A DNA stretch of 64,000 bases from Azolla caroliniana (GCA_043228905.1 JBHGNT010000014.1:18972001-19036000), one strand, 5' to 3'; counted from the stretch's first letter, positions 13,334 through 25,419 are shown. The notes: generated by a model from the letters alone, not told the origin. Numbers and translations are program-made.

Positions 13334-13377
13334 CTTGGCACGTCCGTGAGCCAGGACCTTGTCCAGCGAACCCACGC

Positions 13378-15987
13378 CTATTCCTGTAGCTCTTCATCCG
13401 AATCGTTCAGAATATCAAAAATCGAAGGCTCATCTGGCCTTGGATGTATTCCACCTATATCTTCCTCTTCATCTTCATCTGTGTCACAGTCGTCCTTCGG
13501 AGCAGGTTGTGATTCGGTTGGCTGCTCTGGTTCGCTTCTTCCGGAAGCTTGAATACCAGGAGTCTTGCTGGTTCTTTCGGCTTCGATTTTATCCAACTGG
13601 ACGGAAGTGCCTATATCATTTTTGTCGAATTCTTGCATAATACGTTGAATTTCTTCTCTGTAAAATGCCGCAATTTCGTCCATATCTTTCATGATATCCT
13701 CTTGGATATTGTCAATATCCTTTTGTGCCATTTTAAAAAAACCTGCACCTTGGACCTGACGGTTATTTTTGTCGGCACGCAATAACTGTAATTCCGCCGC
13801 TTGTGCTGTCCATAACTTCCATCCTTGCGCAAGGGATTCATCGATCATTTTCTTTGCTAGGTTTCGATGTTTCCCTATGATGTGCTGCACTTTGTCCCTA
13901 GTGATGCTTGCGACGTATTGGGCGGTCTGTAACTCTTTCTGTAAATCCGTAATAGTGGTTCGATTCTCACTTTCAGCTCGCATTAGTTTGGATTCGACTA
14001 CATATATATCCAGCCGTCTTTGTTCCGATATCTTCCGAATTTCGTCCAGTTGTTGTTCTAATGCCGATTTCTCTTTACTCCATTCCTCCTACTATTCCGT
14101 CATTCTTCTGTTGACTTCTTCAAGACTCCGCTCTTTTTCTGTCAATTGACTTTCCTGTGACACTATATACCTTTCGAATTCTTCAATTTGTTCGGTATAT
14201 GTATGATTGGCCGTCTTAGCTTCTTCTAGATTTTTCTGTAATTCGTTTATTACTTGATTTAATTCTGTAGTTCGAAATACAGCATTGTTGGCCCTTGTTG
14301 TTTCTACTTGACGTGCTTTCTCAGCGTCCTCCAATTTCTGCTGCCATTCTGACTCCGACACCATAAGCCGTGCCTGTGTTTCCCATTTGTTTAGAACTTT
14401 CCTTTAGTTCTTTATTTTCTGCCTGTATGTTACAAAACTGATGTTTCAGCACCTCTGCCGATGCTGATACACTTTTGTATCTTTCAGCCATATCACTGGC
14501 TTCTTTGCGTACCGTTTCATATTCTTTATGAATTTCGACCAGTGCTCCATGTAATGGTGGCATTTCAATAGCCTCCCCTTTATTCTGTGCACTTCTTTTC
14601 CGGCCTATTTTTTCTATCTCTGCTTTTTCTTGAGGTTCCAACACTCCTCGTAAGGCTTTCTGTATCATTATTCGGTCATTATGTTCTTGAGCCAGCCGTT
14701 CTGATACTTCTGTCAGTCTTTTAGCCAACCATTCAACCAGTTCGTATGAAGTTCCGAATTGTAAAATGGCAGCTAATTCATGTGCTGCTGGTGGGATATC
14801 CAAGTACCCATGTGCTTCCCGAATTGCTACTTTTGAAGATTGTCCTTGGTGAGGTTGTGTCGAAACGCTCTCATTCCCCGGTTTTAGTACTTCTGTTACC
14901 ACAGGCGTATTCGAATTTTCATTTGTGCGTTGCCTTTTCGGTGCTGATCCCTCACTGTTTTCTGGTTGGAATTGCCGATTAGCCTTTTGTTTAATCCTTG
15001 TTCTTTGTCGCATCTTCTCTGCTTGTTGTCGATTTTCTGTCGGCTGTTGCTTGTTTATCAAATTGTCAACTGTTTCTTGTTCTGCTGCTGGTTGCCTGTT
15101 TTCGCAATTCTCTGGTCTTGGTGGTTCCGACTGAGGCATATTTGTTTGTATATTATCGGCATGTGCCGATTCTTCTTCTATCCATTCTTCATGTACTACC
15201 TGTCGGTGTCTTCGTGGTGCTTGTACTATCGGTGGTCTTCTTGACTGAACAGGAGTTTCCGATTCTTGAATTGGAAACAATACCGATAACCAACGACCAA
15301 AAATTTGCTTCATCGGTTTTCCTGTTTTTACCCCTTGTAGCTGCTCTCTCAGAGCTTCCCCCGACAATAGTGGCCAGTTGAAATCCTCTTTTTCGTATGC
15401 GGCTATGATAAACCCAGCCCTTTTTTTCGGCATACAATAAAAACGAGGACTGACAAATCCCACCTCTAATAAAAATCTAGCCACTTCATGAAAAAACTCA
15501 TCCCGACCTCCATAAGTCTGATATGCTTTTGCCGAGGGTGAGTATTCCCCGAAATACGATTGGAGTGCTTCTGATGAAGGTTTTTTAACTGCCTCAAAAC
15601 CTCCTCTTGGCATCTGTAATGCATTTCGTATTTTCTTTGTGGTGATTTTGGTGATGTCTATTTGTTGTACACCAATTCTTCTGCCTGTGGATGAGGTTCC
15701 GCTTCTGCTACTTTGATGAAACCTTGTAAGTTTCTCTCATGAAGCCACAATCGCAGTTCTTCAGATACAGGAATCGGCATGACTTCTGTGTTTCCTTGTT
15801 CTGAATCACTTGTCGATGACAGTTGCAGATCTGCACAGTTTCTGTAGCGATGAAAATCAGGAAAACAGAGTTTGGGCGAATTAGGGCACGAAGGAGGCTC
15901 AGACTGTTTCGATATCTGCACTCGTTTCTGTTGTTTTGGCGACACAGACGATACAGAAATATGCTTTAAAGATATTAACTTATGCAT
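13378..15987 (-). pseudogene. Extra ORF of the retrotransposon (about 870 codons; coiled-coil region and acidic tail), with 2 frameshifts and 2 adjacent TAG codons
   Basis: ORFs 15658-15987, 14321-15613, 14092-14364 and 13378-13983 join via a GT duplication near 15670, a shift near 14400, and TAG TAG at 14089-14094. Confidence 0.8.
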
Positions 15988-16213
15988 GATGACTTAAAGA
16001 ATAGTAATTGCTATTAATGTAGGAATTAATTAGTATTCACTCTACGTGTAGTGGTTGTACTCCTTACTAATAATCATGCAATCCTTCTTTCTATTTATAG
16101 TCGATTCATATTGTTATGGCAAGATTGTATTTCTGCATTTGACAAGAACTATTGAGTGAGTTAGTTAGTTTTCTTCTTTTTTTTTATTTTTTTTTTTATT
16201 TTTTTTTTTATTT

Positions 16214-19200
16214 TTACTCTTCCGTTTGAATAAACGGATTTACCGGCATATCTCCCAAATACGGTTTAAGCCGAAATCCATTGACCCATTTCGGTAAAAC
16301 CTCTTCGGTTAATGATCCCAGTTGGTACGTACCATTTTTACTATTAATTATCCATACTGGACCTGTCCATCTATACCGGAGTTTCCCAGGCATAAGTCCC
16401 ATTCTCGTCTGGAATACCAATACCGGTTTCCCAATTTCGAATTGTTCTTCCGATTTCCTTCGATGTCGATTTACGAATGCCTTGATTTGTCTCTGCTTAT
16501 GTTCTAGTGCTGACATTGATTGAATCCGTTCTTCTTCTAATACTAATAAAGCCTCTTTGCGTATCTGCTCCGATTCTATTTCATTTAACTTATTCGTTGC
16601 TTGGATACGAAGTGTCGGAATTTGAAATTCGATCGGCATAACGGCTTCGAGTCCGAATGCCATTCGGAAAGGTGTTGATTTTATGGATGTTTTGTACGAA
16701 GTACGATATGCCCATAAAGCACTATTTAACTTTTGATCCCAATCAGTACGATTTTCATTCACTATTTTCTTTAAAATTGTTTGAATTGTTTTATTTGTCG
16801 ATTCTGCCAATCCATTAGCTTGGGGATAGTAAGGCGTACTTTTCTTATGAACTACGGCATAGTAATTGGTTAATTCGTTAATTAACTTGTTGATAAAATG
16901 AGTGCCTTGATCGCTTACCAATTCTATTGGGCAACCGAATCGACACCATATATTCTCATACAGGAATTTTGCTGTGGATGCTGCTGTATTGTCCCTGAGA
17001 GCTTTTGCTTCAACCCATTTTGTGCAATAGTCAGTCGCAACTATGATATATCGATTACCGGTTCTTGCAGCTGCTGGTTTGAATGGGCCGACAAAATCCA
17101 AGCCCCATTTCTGAAATGGCTCAAGAGGTAAAACCGGTTGAAAAGGCATTCGATCCTTTTCGGTCGGTTGCCCCATTCTTTGACACAAATCGCATTTCTT
17201 ACAGTATTCGTTAGCATCTTTCATCACCGTTGGCCACCATAACCCGCTATTCCATATTTTTCTGGCTGTTGCTTCTCCTGCGTAATGACCGCCAGCAATT
17301 CCACAATGTGACTCTGTTAATATGGCTGATTTTTCAAATTTTCGTACTGCCCTTCGCCATATTCCATCCGCTCCTTTATGATACAACATGTCATTAAATA
17401 AACAAAAATTGCGACTTCGTACTGCAATTCTTTTTCTTTCATCTGTGGACATGTGTTCGGCCGGAATTCCTGTTGATAGAAATATCGTCATTTCGGAAAT
17501 CCATTCATCCTCTTTTTCCTCATTCACTTCATGTGCTTTTACTGCCTCAACCCGAAATAATTGAGTATCTGGAAAATCATCTTTAACCCCAACCGCTTCT
17601 TCTCCAGACTCAAGCCGACTGAGATAGTCAGCAATCGCGTGCTGTGCTCCTGGTCGATGTATAATGTCGAATTCAAACTCTTGAAGCAATAACGTCCATC
17701 GGGCTAACTTGCCTGTCAATTCTTGTTTGGAAACTAGATACAGTAAAGCCGAATGATCCACATGAAATGTAAATTTCTTACCCAAAAGGTAATGTCGAAA
17801 TTTGTTCACACTATATATCATTCCCAAAGCTTCTCTTTCGGTTGTTGAATAGTTTCTTTCGGCCGACGAAAGTTTCCTACTGGCATAGTATACCGGCCTA
17901 TACCAGTTTGGTTCGGATAATTGCATTAAAGCACTGCCTATGGCAATGTCCGACGCATCGACGAAAACATGAAATGGTTTGTTCCAGTCCGGTGGTTGAA
18001 CTACCGGAACCTTTGTCAGCATCTTCTTGAGACATTCGTATGCATCTTGTTCTATACTTGTCCATATAAAAGGAACTTTGTGTACTGCTGTGTGTAACGG
18101 AATAACAATGTCTGCTAGATATCTCATCATTCTACTGTGCCACCGAATTTGACCCAAAAATCTACTTAGAGCTTTAGCATTTGTTGGTGGTGTTGCCTCA
18201 ATAATTGCTTTAACTTTGTCTGGGTCCACTGCAATCCCTTCTTGACTGACAATATGCCCAAGTAATGTACCACTCATTACTCCGAATGCGCATTTGGCTG
18301 GATTTAAACTAAGACGCCCTTTTCGACATTTTTCTAAACATAGCCGTAAATGCTCAAAATGATCAACTTTCCGACTATATACTGCAAAATCATCTAAAAA
18401 CACCTGCATGAAAGCTGGAATATATTCCCCGAATATTTCCTGTATTACCCGCTGAAATGTAGTTGGAGCTGTTTTTAAACCGAACATCATGACTACTGCC
18501 ACAAAGACACCCCATTCTGTGACGAAAGCTGTCTTTTCCTGATCTTCCGGATTCATCCGTACTTGGTTGTACCCACTGAACCCATCCAAGAAACTATAAA
18601 TTTCATGTCCCGCTACTGCATCTAATATCCCATCTGTGAATGGCAATGGAAACGCATCCGTAATTGTCGCTGCATTCAATTTTCTGTAATCCACACATAC
18701 GCGAATTTTCCCATTCTTTTTCGGGACTACTACTATCGGACTCAGCCATGTTGATTTTTTGACGGGTCGAATAAATCCTACTTTTAAGAGTTTATCGATT
18801 TCTTCTTTTACTTTGATAGCATAATTCGGATTCAACCTGTACCTGCGTTGTTGTACTGGCTTTGCATCTTTATGCAAATTGATTTGATGTTGACAAAAAG
18901 CGGGATCCAGACCTTTCATATCGTCAAACGACCATGCAAAAACATCTTTATATTGTAATAGTAATGTTGTTAATGTCCTTTTGTCATTTACCGTCAAATC
19001 TCTAGCAATCAAGACTATTTTTCTTTCAGCATCCTCTACTCCTGCCAAATCGATCTCTTCCAATGTTGAGGCTTGCACTCTCTGAGATACCTTCATTTCC
19101 TTATCTGTAGCTTCTTGTTGCATTCGTATTTCTTTCATTGTTTGCTCATCGATTGGCACTTCTTCGTGTGAGTCTACATATGGTGTTAATGCTTGCAAAA

Positions 19201-21703
19201 TATCTACCTCAAATAGAGGGATGATTTTTTGATTATCATCAAAATACTGACTTTCTTCTTCCTCGTCCAATCCTTCCATCATATTAACTGCTTCTGCATG
19301 TACAGGTAAACTCTGTTTGCTTGTTGTCACTTTGTTGTGCGTCGGAATCCTGACCTTATTTTTTCCTTTCCTAAATGTTAGCACATTTTGTTTCCAATTT
19401 TGTTTAATATTAGCTGTCTTTAACCATGGTCTCCCCAATAACAAGGGGTATGCTCCCTGTGTTTCTAACTGCAAAATTACTGCCGAAATTTGAAAACTGT
19501 GTCCCCCGATTATTACATCCAGTTGTCGAAGCAACCCAATCGGTCGTACCGTACTTGTATCTGCCATTCGTAACCAAAACGGACATGCTTCCCATTCCGT
19601 GATTCCCAGTTTTTCACATGTAGTTTTGTTAATCACATTAACACCCGAGCCTCCATCTATAATCACATTTCCGATTTCTTGCCCGTAAAGTATTACCTTA
19701 ATCGACGGATTCTGTTCATCCATGATCGAAGGGTTATTACTTGGCTGATTGTAGTGTACTGCTATTTGTTCGGAACCTTTATATGCAATTAATGCTGCCA
19801 CTTTTTCTGTAAACCTTGGTACTAACTTAAGTAAGCCCGTAAGTGGCAATGACACTTGGCAATCAGCCAACAGTTTCCAAGTTTCTTCCTGGTCCTTATT
19901 CCCCAATGACTGTTGTACAGCGATGTCCTGGTCAATGTTATTGTCTTGTAACATTCGATTCACATTACTTTGATTTGCTTCATCCACCCATTCTTTTGCC
20001 GCCTTCCGAACTTCTTCCTGAATTTCCCACTCTGATTGTTTGCTTTTGCTGCGTGTCGTTACTTGCTGAACTTCCGGTATTACCATATTAACTGCTGGAC
20101 CCTTTCCTTTAACCGGACATTGATTAGCATAATGGCCTAGTTGTCGACAAATGTAACAAGTGGGCACAAATGTTGCACTGGCCTCTCCATGTGCAAATTG
20201 CCCGTTATTAAATTGCTGCTCTTCATTACCATTCGGGTTTTGTTAGTATTGACGTGTAGCTTTTGGTTTGTAAAATCTCTTGTTTTTATACCGATTCTGC
20301 CTAAATTGTTCAGTATTATCATTTGGTTGTGCTATATTGTGTGGTATCCCGAACTCCTGATTTAGCGGAAAATTACTCTGTTAAAACATTTGATTATTTT
20401 GTGGAACGGTTTGATTATTATGTTGAAAAGTCATATTACCCGGTTGAAATGCCGGATTTGATTGAAATGTAGAATTCAGTTGCACATTCGGACAGTTCTG
20501 TTGAAACCCTTGAAATGGTGGGTTACCTTGTTGGAAATTTTGATTATTTTGTTGAAAATATTGATTCGGATTCTGTACGAATGGTGGGTTGGATTGAGCA
20601 AAACCTGGTTGAAATGCTTGAGTCACTTGAGTGGGTTGCATATTTTGTTGTGAAAAGATCTGATTTGGCTGTAGAACCGGATTCTGTTGTACATTTTGCT
20701 GATTTTGTGAAAAATTATTATTTTGATAACCATGGAACAGATTAGTGTTATTTTGGTAACCATTGTCAGCAAAAATTTGTCGTACTGACGCCGTAGTCTT
20801 ATTAAGGAGATTATATTCACATTATTCTACGGAATGTAATTTTGAATGACATATTGTACAATGTGTTCTTAACGTACAGTCAATTGCCGAATGCCCCGTA
20901 TTTAAACAAGTGGTGCATTGAACTGCTTGTCGAAATTGTAACTCCTCCATTGTTGGTAATGTACGGTGTAATGCCGACATGTCCATACTCTGAACATTGA
21001 CCGGTGGTCGACCCATTTCTATTGCTTTATCAATGACTTGTTCGATAGTCTGATTTCGAAAATCGAACACTTTCAATGTCGTTCTTAATGGTTCTTTTAC
21101 AGCTTCTAGAAAGACTTCTTTTAATTCCTTATCCGGAATCGGCCTTGAAATCTGAAGCTGTAAGTTCTGAAATCGTATCACAAACTGAGATACTGTTTCA
21201 TTTTTTTCTTGATATAACGCATAAAATTGCGCAATCAAATCCTTCTGCGGAATTTGTTGATGAAATAATTGTAAAAATTTACTAAACACTTCAAAGGATG
21301 GAAATCCCTGAAGACCGTTCTGCGCAAACCAATTAGCGGAATATCCGTCTAATGATAAGACGAACTCAGCGATTTTTGACTTATCTTCGGCATCTGCCGA
21401 CAATCGCTGAGCTCCATGGTTAATCTCCCATGTCGTTAAGAAATCCCTAACATGTGCTTCCGCATTTGTTCCTTCCCGGAACTTAGAATAAGTATAAGGC
21501 ATATCGTCCCAAATGTCGTAAAACGATACCTCTTCCGTCTGTTTTTCGTCTGAAGGTAATTGATCGGATAAGTCAGGAAGTTTCGACCACTTTGTGCTTG
21601 ATTCCGGCTGTTCTTGCGCAAGGAACGCTTGCTGCACTACCTTCGTAACTGACCTTGTACGAGGGCACTTACAACTGACCGGTGCCTCCTCTTCATACGA
21701 CAT
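16214..21703 (-). pseudogene. Single-frame gag-pol polyprotein with three premature TAA codons in gag; the pol portion (16214-20167) is open
   Basis: Three CX2CX4HX4C knuckles; protease IIDGGSGVN; RT RVCVDYRKLN/LDGFSGYNQ/FLDDF; RNase H VDAS..YSTTEREAL..VDH; integrase HHCC, WGLDFVGP, SDQGTHF, GLAE. In-frame TAA at 20822-20824, 20381-20383 and 20243-20245. Confidence 0.95.
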
Positions 21704-21734
21704 CCATTCGAATTGTTCTCTGCTTAATTGCAGA

Positions 21735-21751
21735 TCCCACCGGGCGTGCCA
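21735..21751 (-). promoter_or_regulatory. Primer binding site, tRNA-Arg(UCU)-type, 11 nt from the 5' LTR
   Basis: TGGCACGCCCGGTGGGA is complementary to the 3' end ...UCCCACCGGGCGUGCCA of plant tRNA-Arg (recalled sequence). Confidence 0.85.
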
Positions 21752-21762
21752 AAATTCTTCTG

Positions 21763-22219
21763 TGTTAATTGGCTAATTACTAACTACTACCGATACAGAA
21801 GAGTGAACGTCGCTACTCAACGTTCTAACAAGGAATTGTGTTTTACGAACGGAATTATACTATATTAACCGGTAATTACCGTGATCGTTACTTAGTTATA
21901 AATTAGGAAGCTTACACTTAAGATCATAGACAATAGAAGGAACACAGAATCCGTACAAGATATTCCTAACTTAAACTTATATTACTAAATAAAACGACCT
22001 TTCTTACAATGCCTTCGGTTCCCTTTTATAGGTATACCGAAGGTCTTTTCTCATCAAGAACTATTCCTACTTACTATCAAGATTTACAAAATTATCTAAC
22101 TAACTTAGTTCTCTTCGTTTACTGCTGAGTCATTGATCCGAACAGTCGATCCGAACCGACTCTGTTTTCGACGCTTTCCCACTTGTTCGGTAAAACTGAC
22201 TGTCCGGGTCCGGGTAACA
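21763..22219 (-). repeat. 5' LTR
   Basis: Near-identical to 12877-13333; followed on the minus strand by the PBS and gag. Confidence 0.97.
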
Positions 22220-23241
22220 CTGCTCCAACATGAGAACTTGACAATAGTATAGATACCCTAGTATGTATAGTTATCATTATTTGCTTGCATTTTGAAGAAG
22301 AAGAAGATGATGATGATGAAAAATATGAGAACTTCTGATTTGTCAATGATCTTTTGTCATCGTGTTTGTGATGTAGTGCTTGGTAAAGCTAGGTGATAAC
22401 AATGCATACATTGAACCAAGTGTGAACCTTTAGATCGTCTGTGTGTGCATGCGTGTTCACGTCTTAGGTTGTTGTGTCAAGAGGGATAATGCAAACAACC
22501 ATCAATCAAGCTCATGTTGTTCTCTAATAGGAATTAGGCAAGTATTGTTTTGAGTCTTGACCCACACCCATCTTATCCATGGGTTGTAATGGAAGATTCT
22601 AATCATGGACGTACACCCTACCTACTATATGGTGATGCGTGGTTGGCTATGCTAAACGGCTAACTAGGCTAATTAATTGAGGAGTTGATTACTAGTTGTT
22701 TAGAGAGCCAGAGTTGCATGTTGTGTCAAGGCTAGATATGTAGGTTGGTTTGTAGGTCCCAAGGGCGGCTTAGACACAAAGGCAAAAATTACTAGACGTG
22801 TTGCTTCAATAGATCACAATAATACATTAATCGCTTAAGAATAGTTGGAATCACACGAGCTGACTCAAAACGTAAATGCGAAAGTAACAATTATCGTCTC
22901 CTAATAAGCATGCAATGTCTTTTAGTATCCTCACCAAAAGTTACTTCTTACTAGTGTGTACTATTGCTTGAGAACCATCTCGAGGTCAATGTGCAAGGAT
23001 GTGCAGTTGTCTACCCTTTTGATGGCAAAGACAAGCGAGGGTGAGTGTCAATCACCCTTGAGCTACTTATGCTAAACTAACTACTAAAACAAACTCTAAA
23101 CTCCCTCAAGCACTCAACAAAAAGAGCGACACTATGAGAAAACACCAAGATACAACTTCATCCATTTAAGAATGTATAATTGATATAAATACAAGTTATA
23201 ATTATACTTATTAGGACCTTACCTTATAATTAAGAAGATAA

Positions 23242-23243
<2 letters not shown>

Positions 23244-23305
<62 letters not shown>
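23244..23305. repeat. (TA)n(GA)n compound microsatellite
   Basis: Read directly from the sequence. Confidence 0.95.
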
Positions 23306-23308
<3 letters not shown>

Positions 23309-23473
23309 ATATGGATGTAGCTCAGTTGGTAAAGGTTGCCCAATGGAGACCAGGTGGTCATGGGTTCAAGCCCTACATTCCATAGTGGCGTAAATAAGAG
23401 ATATCTACGGAGTAATAGAGAGGTGAGAAATTTAGGTTTCGAGGACTTACCACGAGGGTAAGCTAATTATGAT

Positions 23474-23479
<6 letters not shown>
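23306..23479 (+). mobile_element. tRNA-derived SINE embedded in a (GA)n tract
   Basis: Box A TAGCTCAGTTGG at 23318-23329; box B GGTTCAAGCC at 23363-23372; irregular anticodon arm; about 95-nt non-tRNA body; (GA)n on both sides. Confidence 0.75.
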
Positions 23480-23513
<34 letters not shown>

Positions 23514-23599
23514 TAATTTAGATTTAGGGAGTATGTTAAAATGAGGAAGATCCTTGTAAAAGGTTTAAATATTACTTTTATACTTCTTCCTTATTTAAA

Positions 23600-23930
23600 G
23601 CAAATTACCTCTTACAATGTTGAGGTGGCATCATGGCAACATCACCCAAAGTATAAAGATATGTAAGGTATGTAATGGAATTCTTGTGGAGGATGACTAT
23701 CACTTATTTCTTGCACGTTCAACATATAAGGTAATTCGTAAGAAGTATGATGACTTGTTTGATGGGCATGATAATTTAAGTGTCACACTCATATCTCCAC
23801 CAAGAAGGGTGACCACATATATTTATGCCATTATTTCCCCATAAAGAGTGTTTACTAAAGTGTAAGTAAACCCCCATCTTAGGAAGGATTCACATCTAAG
23901 ACAATACTTAAGGAGACTTGAGTGTATCCT
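23600..23930 (+). mobile_element. Non-L1 LINE 3' fragment
   Basis: ICKVCNGILVEDDYHLFL motif; homologous to 30860-31200. Confidence 0.7.
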
Positions 23931-25419
23931 CGGATTAAAGTGCCAAGTGAGATGTCTGGTGGATACTTGAATGCCCCTCCCCTCCCCCCCAACCCCATTG
24001 GCCGCACATTGTCAGGTGCATAAAGGGGCCACTAGAGGTGCGAGCCAAGAGGGTTACTTGAGCTTGATGGAATGTCAAAAGTAGGAGGGCATGGGGGTGA
24101 GGAAAGGGGAAGAGAAGAGAAGAGAGGGTGGGAGGGACGTGGGATGTATCAAGACATGAGGAGGAAGGGGTACGAGGGTGGGGGGGTATGCGGAGGGTGA
24201 ATATCTTGATAACAATGTGCAAAGCTTTTGGATGGGTTGTTACAATGGGTGAGGGAAAGAGTGTGGATGAGATGAAGTTAAGATATGGAAGATATTACAA
24301 CCAACGAAATGTAGTTAGAGTTTTGGATTTACACCAATGGATCTTGTGGTCCATTAGTTTTGTCCTACTCGCGGTGTCATAATCCTAGTTAGGCTTCTAA
24401 AAAAACCACCATAGCACGCACGTGAATGTACCATGGCATCATAGTTGAAGCCCCTTAGAAAGTTGTACCATCCATGACCTACAAGTTTGTTTTGGCACTA
24501 GGGGAGTACACAAATTTGGCTACTCAAACATTGAAAATTACATGAAACACCGAATTTAGCCAAAACCAAACCAAAAAGTACACTCAACACCCAAGATAAT
24601 ACAATCTACATGAAAAGGCTAGACAAACATCAATGATCGGTGAAGGCCACACATAATCTAGCACATACCATAAGATCTCATTGAAAATCAAGGTTGGTTC
24701 AAGGGCAACACACAAATTTAGTTCCCCAACTCTAACATTCATATCAACTCAAACTTGATTCCCAAGAAGCACACACTAAACTCAGAAGATAGCCCTCTTG
24801 ATTCCTTGCTTCAGTTGAAAACACACTCTCAAAACTACAAAGCACCAAGAACACTCCTACTTGACGATGGCATTGAAGCCTAACATTATTATGACCTCCC
24901 ACAACCAATACGATACCACCCATGCAATAAAAGAGCATCGTAGCAAACATTCTATACTGGATGATAATCCCGTCTCCTTGTCCACCCACTTAGGTATGGT
25001 CCATATCAAGAAACACGAGTCAATGACCTCCTAAGCTACAATTGTAACTATAAATATACACATATCTATATAGTACACCTAAAACTTCTTTGTCCTCTTT
25101 TTCTAGAATCCAACTAGTCTAGAATCTTGCTTAATTTCTCCTCTCTCCTCCTCTTACTCTGTGACTTCATTGTGCATGTCTCCTCCTATTATCTTCACTC
25201 TTGAGGGCCTCGTTACCTCTTCCTTTGTTTTTGGGCCCCGTTCATTCTTTTTCGTTTCTTCTTTTCCTCCTTCACCGTCATCACTTTCTAATATTCTTTG
25301 GGGACTTGCACATATAAGACACCTTTACTCACCCACACATAGGACATGTTCACACCTTTGTCGGAAGGATTACGTGTTATGGTTCTCTTTCACATATGTC
25401 TCCCTTCATTACAATTGAA

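Larger units (their letters stand above)
12877..22219 (-). mobile_element. Full-length Ty3/Gypsy LTR retrotransposon (non-chromovirus, Athila/Phygy-like), recent insertion
   Basis: Two 457-bp TG..CA LTRs differing at 2 positions; TSD CTGCT at 12872-12876 and 22220-22224; domain order Gag-PR-RT-RH-INT; no chromodomain or additional RNase H seen. Confidence 0.97.

Noticed and set aside
13378-15987. env gene (plant retrovirus)
   Set aside because: No signal peptide or transmembrane segment is visible; the composition is charged and coiled-coil-like.
14089-20824. Non-standard genetic code (TAA/TAG read as Gln) or U-to-C editing to explain the stops at Gln-like positions in the retrotransposon
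   Set aside because: Host aconitase, TPR and MYB exons and the 1317-codon pol contain no in-frame TAA/TAG, and the TPR gene ends in TAG. C-to-T decay is the simpler explanation.
23310-23383. Functional tRNA gene
   Set aside because: The anticodon arm and stems are irregular, there is no oligo-T terminator, and the sequence continues into a SINE-like body.
24080-24200. G-rich tract with G-quadruplex potential
   Set aside because: Low-complexity purine sequence among TE debris with no functional context.
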